Below, piece by piece: positions 57,853 to 64,000 of a stretch of DNA of 64,000 bases. The first letter of the stretch is position 1; each line of letters begins with the position of its first letter. The notes beneath the pieces are model-generated. The model saw only the letters and a program-made list of their open reading frames with translations. It had not been told where the DNA came from and did not search any database. The stretch lies in the IMG/VR virus record IMGVR_UViG_3300020388_000010; one strand, 5' to 3'. A program made the translations under genes and the position numbers. This DNA comes from a virus (Duplodnaviria > Caudoviricetes).

Positions 57853-58694
57853 TATTAGTTGATATGAATCAAGTTACAATTAGTAATTTGATGATACAGA
57901 TAAAAGATGAACCTTTGAGTGAAGATTTGGTAAGGCATATGGTACTAAATTCTTTAAGGTCATATAAAACAAAATTCAGTAAAGATTTTGGTGAATTGGT
58001 GCTTTGTTATGATGACAGACATTGTTGGAGAAAAGATTACTTTCCTTATTACAAACAAAATCGTAAAAAAGCAAGAAGTGAAAGTAGTTTAAATTGGAAT
58101 GAACTATTTGATATACTAACTAAAATTCAAAATGAGTTAGAAGAAAATTTCCCATATAAAGTTTTAAAAATTGAAGGTGCAGAAGCTGATGATATTATTG
58201 CGATAATATCAAATAGGATTTCTTCTACACCAAATTTATATGAGGATATATTAATTATATCTGGAGATAAAGACTTCATACAATTACACGAAAAGAATAA
58301 TGTAAAACAATATTCACCTACTTTGAAAAAATTTGTGGTTGATGACAACCCAGAACAATATAAATTTGAACACATTATAAGAGGTGATAAAGGTGATGGC
58401 GTTCCAAATGTTTTATCACAAGATACTGTCTTTGTAGATGAATTAAGACAAAGACCTATAACGAAAAAGAAATTAACAGAATGGAAAGAGAATGGTATTC
58501 CAGAGGGTGAGATAAAAAGAAACTATCAAAGAAACAAAACATTGATAGACTTTGATAGTATACCAAATGAATTGGGAGAACTTATATATAATATGTGGGT
58601 AAATAAAATTACTCAAAGTGATAGGAGTAAAATATTACCTTATTTTATGAAACATAGACTAAAAGAACTAACTGAAAAACTAGGAGATTTTTAA
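57849..58694 (+). CDS. rnh: RNase H / 5'-3' exonuclease
   Basis: WRKDYFPYYK, EADDIIA, SGDKDFIQL, GDKGDGVPN. Confidence 0.95.
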   Translation: MILVDMNQVTISNLMIQIKDEPLSEDLVRHMVLNSLRSYKTKFSKDFGELVLCYDDRHCWRKDYFPYYKQNRKKARSESSLNWNELFDILTKIQNELEENFPYKVLKIEGAEADDIIAIISNRISSTPNLYEDILIISGDKDFIQLHEKNNVKQYSPTLKKFVVDDNPEQYKFEHIIRGDKGDGVPNVLSQDTVFVDELRQRPITKKKLTEWKENGIPEGEIKRNYQRNKTLIDFDSIPNELGELIYNMWVNKITQSDRSKILPYFMKHRLKELTEKLGDF

Positions 58695-59173
58695 TGGCAT
58701 ATGATGTTGTAAGACCTTTAATACACGAAGTATTAACAATGGTCAATAATGCAAAAGTAAAAGATAAAAAAATAGAAGTATTAAGAAAATACAGAAGTGA
58801 TGGATTGAAAATGATTTTGAAATCTAGCTTTGACCCTAAGATTGTATGGAGATTACCAGACGGTGATGTACCATTTATTAAAAATGATGCACCAGCTGGA
58901 ACTGAACATACAAGGTTAGAACAAGAAGCAAGTAAACTATTTCACTTTATAAGAGGTGGAAACGATAAATTAAAACAAGTTAAATGTGAAACTATGTTTG
59001 TCCAAATGTTAGAAGGATTACAAGAGGCTGAAGCAGAAGTTTTAATACTTGCAAAGGATAAGAGATTACATCAAAAATATAAAGGATTATCAAAACAAGT
59101 AGTACAAGAGGCATTTGATTGGGATGACAATTTTTTAAATGTTAAACACAAAGATTATAAAAAATCTGCATAG
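58694..59173 (+). CDS. Conserved T4-like hypothetical protein
   Basis: LPDGDVPF and ETMFVQMLEGL...EAEVLILAKDK motifs. Confidence 0.75.
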   Translation: MAYDVVRPLIHEVLTMVNNAKVKDKKIEVLRKYRSDGLKMILKSSFDPKIVWRLPDGDVPFIKNDAPAGTEHTRLEQEASKLFHFIRGGNDKLKQVKCETMFVQMLEGLQEAEAEVLILAKDKRLHQKYKGLSKQVVQEAFDWDDNFLNVKHKDYKKSA

Positions 59174-59244
59174 GGGTTGACATTTAATTAGAATATGTTA
59201 TTATAATAACATATATTATTAACATTTAAATTTATAGGTATATT

Positions 59245-59406
59245 ATGTTTTATTTTTTGATTGGATTTATATTCAGTATTCTTGCGGCTGGTGCTGTTGA
59301 TGGTGACGCCTCTCTCACTACTCTTTCCATCCTCTCAGTCGCTGGGATTGGGTTTATGAGTCTTGGCACTTATATTATGAATAAGAAAGATGACCAAGAG
59401 AACTAA
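59245..59406 (+). CDS. 53-aa two-TM membrane protein
   Basis: MFYFLIGFIFSILAAGAVDG...; AGGT RBS; behind the promoter at 59177; missing from the ORF track. Confidence 0.55.
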   Translation: MFYFLIGFIFSILAAGAVDGDASLTTLSILSVAGIGFMSLGTYIMNKKDDQEN

Positions 59407-60040
59407 ACCCAGAGTTGTAAGGGAACAAGTTGGATTACCAGACCGTTCCCTACAATTCAAAAACACAGAGGGGCACAGAGTGTTTTTTAAAGTTTTTATA
59501 TCAATATTATCAACAGTTGTTATTATTGCTGGTATCAATAGACCAGACAGAACACCAAAAATGCAATATATGGAAATTGCACAATATGATAGATATATTA
59601 ACAAACAAGAAATTACTTGTCTTGCAAAAAATATGTATTTTGAAGCTCGTAATGAGGGAACAGCTGGAGTTCTAGGTGTAACCAATGTAGTTTTAAATAG
59701 AGTAAAAAGTGAATTATATCCAAACACAATTTGTGGTGTTATAGAAGATGCTAAAATATCACAATGGTGGTTAAAAGAAAAAGGTTTAAAGAAACCCATT
59801 AAAAATATGTGTCAATTTAGTTGGTACTGTGATGGTAAATCAGATGAGATAAAAGATTACTACACATATAATCAACTGTTTACACTTGCAGAGGGTTTAG
59901 TTGCATCAAATTTCAAAACTTTACTTGACATTACAGACGGTGCGTTGTATTATCACGCTGACTATGTTAAACCAAAATGGTCAAGAGATTTTGAAAAAAC
60001 TGTTAAAATTGGTAGACACATTTTTTATAGAAGGAGATAA
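59390..60040 (+). CDS. Cell wall hydrolase (SleB/Hydrolase_2)
   Basis: CLAKNMYFEARNE, VVLNRV, PNTICGV, CQFSWYCDGK, YYHADYV, IGRHIFY. Confidence 0.92.
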   Translation: MTKRTKPRVVREQVGLPDRSLQFKNTEGHRVFFKVFISILSTVVIIAGINRPDRTPKMQYMEIAQYDRYINKQEITCLAKNMYFEARNEGTAGVLGVTNVVLNRVKSELYPNTICGVIEDAKISQWWLKEKGLKKPIKNMCQFSWYCDGKSDEIKDYYTYNQLFTLAEGLVASNFKTLLDITDGALYYHADYVKPKWSRDFEKTVKIGRHIFYRRR

Positions 60041-60041
60041 T

Positions 60042-60599
60042 ATGAATATATTTTATACTAATGAAGACCCAAAGATTGCATCTTTGGAACATTGTGATAA
60101 ACACGCTGTAAAAATGTGTGTAGAGTATGCACAACTATTATCTACTGCACATAGATTACTAGACGGAAAAGAATATGCTGGTAAATCTAAAACTGGTAGA
60201 AATGTAAAAAGATGGAAACACCCAACAGACTTTATGGAAGAAAACCTAATGTTAGCGTGTCATACTAAACACCCATCTGCAATATGGTGTAGAGAAACCA
60301 AAGGTAATTATTCTTGGTTATTACATTTACTAATGAATTTACTAAAAGAATATACATTTAGATATGGTAAGAAACACTCAGTAGAAAATAGATTACCATA
60401 CTTAAATATTATACCAAAGAATATTAATCCAGATACTAGACTAACTGAGATGCCTCAATGTATGCCAGATTATTGCAAAATTCCTAACCAACCAATCGCA
60501 GCTTATAAGAACTACTATATAAAAGAGAAGACTAGATTTGCGACTTGGAAGAATAGGAGTATACCATTATGGTTTCAAGAAAAGGATATTGGGATATGA
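60042..60599 (+). CDS. Pyrimidine dimer DNA glycosylase/DenV-like family protein
   Basis: MNIF...HCDKHAVKMCVEYAQLLSTAH, HPSAIW, EYTFRYGKKH. Confidence 0.75.
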   Translation: MNIFYTNEDPKIASLEHCDKHAVKMCVEYAQLLSTAHRLLDGKEYAGKSKTGRNVKRWKHPTDFMEENLMLACHTKHPSAIWCRETKGNYSWLLHLLMNLLKEYTFRYGKKHSVENRLPYLNIIPKNINPDTRLTEMPQCMPDYCKIPNQPIAAYKNYYIKEKTRFATWKNRSIPLWFQEKDIGI

Positions 60600-60799
60600 T
60601 TAATGAACACATTGTAAAAGGTGACTTAGAATATTTAGAGAGTGAAGAAGTGAGAAAAAAGAGAGAAGAGTTAAAGAAAAACTGGTTAGGTAAAGACGAG
60701 TTATATCAATTTGAAATTGCACAAATGCAAAAGCAAATACACGACTTACAAATAAGAGTTAAAGAACTTATAGAAGAATTGGAGAAAAAAAATGGGTGA
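60596..60799 (+). CDS. Small coiled-coil hypothetical protein
   Basis: ATGA coupling. Confidence 0.5.
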   Translation: MINEHIVKGDLEYLESEEVRKKREELKKNWLGKDELYQFEIAQMQKQIHDLQIRVKELIEELEKKNG

Positions 60800-60923
60800 A
60801 TTATTACTATTTTTTACTGGTTTCTTTTTTGGTATGTTTGTAATGCAAACAATAGATATGTTTACAATACTAAAAGAGTTTAAAGGTGAAATTGAAAATT
60901 ATAAAAAAAAACTAAGGAGATAA
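60792..60923 (+). CDS. 43-aa membrane peptide
   Basis: MGELLLFFTGFFFGMFVM...; GGAG RBS. Confidence 0.5.
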   Translation: MGELLLFFTGFFFGMFVMQTIDMFTILKEFKGEIENYKKKLRR

Positions 60924-60927
60924 TATT

Positions 60928-61101
60928 ATGGTAAGTAAACTTGATAGACTTATGATGCTTCAAGAGGAAATAAAGATTGCAAAAAAGTTTGTAAAAGAAA
61001 ATGGCCCAGAAGATATGGGTTATGTCCACACTGCAATTAATTATATAGAAGAAAGAATTATTGACTTGAGATTAGAGATTAATAAGAAGTTAGATGCCTA
61101 G
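60928..61101 (+). CDS. 57-aa hypothetical protein
   Basis: AAGGAG RBS; MVSKLDRLMMLQEE... Confidence 0.6.
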   Translation: MVSKLDRLMMLQEEIKIAKKFVKENGPEDMGYVHTAINYIEERIIDLRLEINKKLDA

Positions 61102-61393
61102 ATACGATTTCTATAACAAAAAAGAAGATAAATATTTTGATGAATTTATGTCTTATGATGAGAAAGTAGACTATTTAAAAAATAATCCTAATATTGAACC
61201 TGCTGATTATTTAAATATGAATGTGGTTAGTGGAGTTACTAAAAGTGAAAAAGGTGATTCTGGTATGAGAGAAGTGTTTAGTAAGATTGCAGAAAAACAT
61301 CCTACAAGCCCACTCGCAGATAGATATGGTAAAAAATCTATCAGAAAATTAAAAGCAAAAAGAGCATATGACAAACACAAAAATCGCACTTAG
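61094..61393 (+). CDS. FmdB-like conserved phage protein
   Basis: MPRYDFYN...FMS...YLKNNP...EVFSKIAEKHP. Confidence 0.6.
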   Translation: MPRYDFYNKKEDKYFDEFMSYDEKVDYLKNNPNIEPADYLNMNVVSGVTKSEKGDSGMREVFSKIAEKHPTSPLADRYGKKSIRKLKAKRAYDKHKNRT

Positions 61394-62093
61394 TTTAATA
61401 ATACTTAGTATAATATTGTTGATACCTAAATTTTCTACATCTGATAGTTGGAATGAATGGTTAAACGATAATTTATATAAAGACCAGTTTTTAGAACAAA
61501 CTGATGACATAATTATTGAATCACCTTATCGTGCAATAGACGGTGGAAATGTTCCCATTGTTATCACAACAAAATCAAAAGACTTAATTAAATTTACTTT
61601 AATTATAGATGAGAATCCAACACCTTGTTGTGCAACATTTGAGTTTGTAGGTTTGTTACCATATATAGAAACTAATATAAGAGTAAATGCATACACTTAT
61701 TTAACTGTTGTTGCAGAAGATATAGATGGTAATTTATATGTTAATAGAAAGTATATTAAGGCGGCTGGTGGTTGTTCTGCAACTCCAATAGTTAATAGTG
61801 ATATACCAAAAGATAGAGTAGATATTATTGATGACAAATTACATTTTGATAAAAAGAAAATACAATTCAATCACCCAAACTATTCTGGACTACAATTTGA
61901 TCAATTAACTAGAACAGAAATACCAGCAGATTATATTGACTCTGTTGTTGTTAAAACAAGTAAAGGTATATTCTCATATGAGGGAACAATCGGTATATCA
62001 CAAAATCATTACTTTACTTTGTTTAGTGGAGATATAGAAAAAATAGTATATACTGATAATTTAGGAAATAATTACGAGGAAAGTTATGAGTAA
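61368..62093 (+). CDS. Fused SoxYZ-like periplasmic carrier (quinoprotein dehydrogenase-associated type)
   Basis: Signal peptide; SPYRA.DG..VP, IIDENPTP, IRVNAYT, KAAGGCS, then HPNYSGLQFDQLT. Confidence 0.8.
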   Translation: MTNTKIALSLIILSIILLIPKFSTSDSWNEWLNDNLYKDQFLEQTDDIIIESPYRAIDGGNVPIVITTKSKDLIKFTLIIDENPTPCCATFEFVGLLPYIETNIRVNAYTYLTVVAEDIDGNLYVNRKYIKAAGGCSATPIVNSDIPKDRVDIIDDKLHFDKKKIQFNHPNYSGLQFDQLTRTEIPADYIDSVVVKTSKGIFSYEGTIGISQNHYFTLFSGDIEKIVYTDNLGNNYEESYE

Positions 62094-62790
62094 AAAACAA
62101 GACATTAAATTAGATAATTTAGTTACTGTAAAACCAATTACAGATAATCAAAAGGTAGTCTTTAATGCCTGGAGAAAAGACAATAAGAATTTGTTTTTGT
62201 TTGGTGCAGCTGGTACTGGAAAAACTTTTATATCAATGTATCTAGCATTAGAGCAAGTGTTAGACCCAAAAACTAAGTACGAAAATGTTATCATTATTCG
62301 TTCAGTTGTTCCAACAAGAGATATGGGGTTTCTGCCTGGTGATGAAGAAGATAAGTCTGCATTGTACCAAGTACCATATCACAATATGGTTCAGTTTATG
62401 TTTGAACAATCAAGTGATAATGCATTTAGTATGTTATACGACAGATTAAAGAATCAAGGTAGTGTTACCTTCTTGACAACTTCATATCTTCGTGGTATAA
62501 CATTAGATAACGCTGTCGTAATTGTTGACGAATCTCAGAACTGTAACTTTCACGAGTTAGATACGATTGTTACAAGAGTTGGTCAAGACAGTAAAATTAT
62601 ATTTTGTGGTGATTTCTTTCAATCAGATTTGACCAAGATGAGTGAAAAAGAAGGACTACAAGATTTTATGAGAATATTAGAACAAATGAAAGAATTTGAA
62701 ACAGTAGAATTTACAATAGGTGATATTGTTCGTTCTGGTTTTGTTCGTAATTATTTAATAGAAAAAACAAAACTTGGTCTAGGAGAGTAA
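62086..62790 (+). CDS. phoH: PhoH-like ATPase
   Basis: GAAGTGKT, GFLPG, RGITL, VDESQN, GDFFQSD, IVRSG. Confidence 0.95.
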   Translation: MSKKQDIKLDNLVTVKPITDNQKVVFNAWRKDNKNLFLFGAAGTGKTFISMYLALEQVLDPKTKYENVIIIRSVVPTRDMGFLPGDEEDKSALYQVPYHNMVQFMFEQSSDNAFSMLYDRLKNQGSVTFLTTSYLRGITLDNAVVIVDESQNCNFHELDTIVTRVGQDSKIIFCGDFFQSDLTKMSEKEGLQDFMRILEQMKEFETVEFTIGDIVRSGFVRNYLIEKTKLGLGE

Positions 62791-62796
62791 TATATT

Positions 62797-63009
62797 ATGC
62801 AAAGTACAAAACAAAGATGGGATTGGAGAATACAAGAAACATTAGTGAAAGAAGTATTAAGACTTGACCCAGAAAACGACTACATTAAAAAGTGGTGTGA
62901 AATGGGAAATCATCACGGTGCGAATATTCGTAAGGCTAGAGATTATTATTTAAAACACGGAAAATCACCAGAAGAAAATGGTGAACACCCAGAAGGAAGT
63001 TGTATATGA
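62797..63009 (+). CDS. Hypothetical protein
   Basis: AGGAG RBS. Confidence 0.55.
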   Translation: MQSTKQRWDWRIQETLVKEVLRLDPENDYIKKWCEMGNHHGANIRKARDYYLKHGKSPEENGEHPEGSCI

Positions 63010-63602
63010 TTAAGAAATGTTTAATCATTGCAAGTGTTATTGCATTACCTTTTACTAGTAATGCAGAACACATACACACTAAAGATTGTAATCACTCAAG
63101 AGGTTATTATGCAAAGTTTGGTTATGGTTTACAAGACGGATTAAATGGTGGTAGTAATGCATCAGAGTATGGACTTACTGTTGGTAAGAAACTAAATGAT
63201 GTATTCTCTGCCGAAATAAAAACAAGATTAAAAGTAAAAGATAATTCTACTAGTAATGACCAGAGAGCAGAATTTGCATTGATAAGTTCTAAAAAAGTTT
63301 ATGGTAAACTTAGTATGTACATACGAGGTGGTGCTGGATATAAATTTACTAGAGATAAAAGTCACGAATACTGGCACATAGAGCCTGGTCTAAAATATAA
63401 ATTAAATAATGTCTGGAGTATCAAAGGTGGTGTAAGATTCAGAGATAGTTTTGATTCAATATACGAACAAACAGACATTACATATAAGGCAGGGTTATCT
63501 TATAAACTTGATAAGAATAATAGTATAGGTATTGGAAGTAAATTTAAAAGAGGCGATAGTCAATATAATGCAATAGGTGTGAGTTACAAGGTAAATTTTT
63601 AG
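63006..63602 (+). CDS. Outer-membrane beta-barrel protein (small porin-like)
   Basis: Signal peptide, alternating amphipathic strands, C-terminal IGVSYKVNF. Confidence 0.78.
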   Translation: MIKKCLIIASVIALPFTSNAEHIHTKDCNHSRGYYAKFGYGLQDGLNGGSNASEYGLTVGKKLNDVFSAEIKTRLKVKDNSTSNDQRAEFALISSKKVYGKLSMYIRGGAGYKFTRDKSHEYWHIEPGLKYKLNNVWSIKGGVRFRDSFDSIYEQTDITYKAGLSYKLDKNNSIGIGSKFKRGDSQYNAIGVSYKVNF

Positions 63603-63611
63603 GAGAGAAAT

Positions 63612-64000
63612 ATGTCTGAAAGATTGAGTAAAAACTTTACTGTTGCAGAATATATTAAATCACAAACTGCAACACGACACGGAATAGATAATTCATTAAG
63701 TGAAGAACATTTACAAAATGCAAAAAAATTATTTGCAAATGTTGTACAACCAATAAGAGAAAAGTTTGGTGTAACACTTATTACATCTGGGTATAGAAGC
63801 CCAGATTTAAATGCAAAGATAGGTGGTTCGTCTAAATCACAACATTGTAAAGGTCAGGCAGTTGACCTTGAATGTCTAAAAGAAAGTAATGCAGATGTTG
63901 CTATGTGGATAGAAAACAATCTAGATTTTGACCAGCTCATTTTAGAGTTCTATACACCAGGCGACCCTAGAAGTGGGTGGATTCATATATCTTATAATGA
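63612..64000 (+). CDS. Peptidase M15 family endolysin (partial)
   Basis: LSKNF, SGYRS..LN..IGGS..SQH..G.AVD, WIHISY; runs off the window. Confidence 0.88.
   Translation, partial: MSERLSKNFTVAEYIKSQTATRHGIDNSLSEEHLQNAKKLFANVVQPIREKFGVTLITSGYRSPDLNAKIGGSSKSQHCKGQAVDLECLKESNADVAMWIENNLDFDQLILEFYTPGDPRSGWIHISYN

Noticed and set aside
217-61389. Numerous minus-strand and alternate-frame ORFs in the supplied track (e.g. 1737..2201, 25776..26312, 46756..47391)
   Set aside because: They are shadows of well-supported + strand genes, lack RBSs and recognisable motifs, and have antisense-type composition.
1-64000. tRNA genes, CRISPR arrays, integrase or transposase
   Set aside because: No cloverleaf, regularly spaced repeat-spacer array or recombinase motif found by eye; intergenic gaps are short. 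A tRNAscan or CRISPR finder run would be definitive.

Overview
AT-rich (roughly 30% GC by eye) segment of a lytic T4-like marine myophage. It has the cyanophage/pelagiphage-type gene order gp21-gp22-gp23-gp3-uvsY-uvsW-gp55-gp47-gp46, then gp45-gp44-gp62-regA-gp43-uvsX-gp40-gp41, gp61, RNR and rnh. Nearly all real genes lie on the + strand. Accessory genes point to a Gram-negative, probably alphaproteobacterial host (inference): PstS, PhoH, peroxiredoxin, Hsp20, class II RNR, bS21, a SoxYZ-like carrier, an outer-membrane barrel, lipoproteins and at least six 2OG-Fe(II) oxygenases. The most notable candidate systems are as follows. (1) A DNA-modification locus directly behind the polymerase (C5-MTase + TET/JBP dioxygenase + ParB-like protein + P-loop kinase), plus a separate Mom-like enzyme. 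The TET and Mom proteins end in the same clamp-binding-like peptide as gp43 and gp55. A window-wide codon-pair signature fits this: CCNGG, GGNCC and CCTG appear tolerated only where they overlap or abut GpC, and GATC, CATG and CCGG are avoided. (2) A ~15 kb block of probable head-packaged cargo proteins with T4 internal-protein-like N-termini and polyproteins cut into modules by gp21-type (I/L/V)xE linkers; it includes a PD-(D/E)xK nuclease gene bounded by identical 24-nt repeats. (3) A ROSE-type RNA thermometer in front of phage hsp20. All calls come from manual motif reading; no database searches were run.
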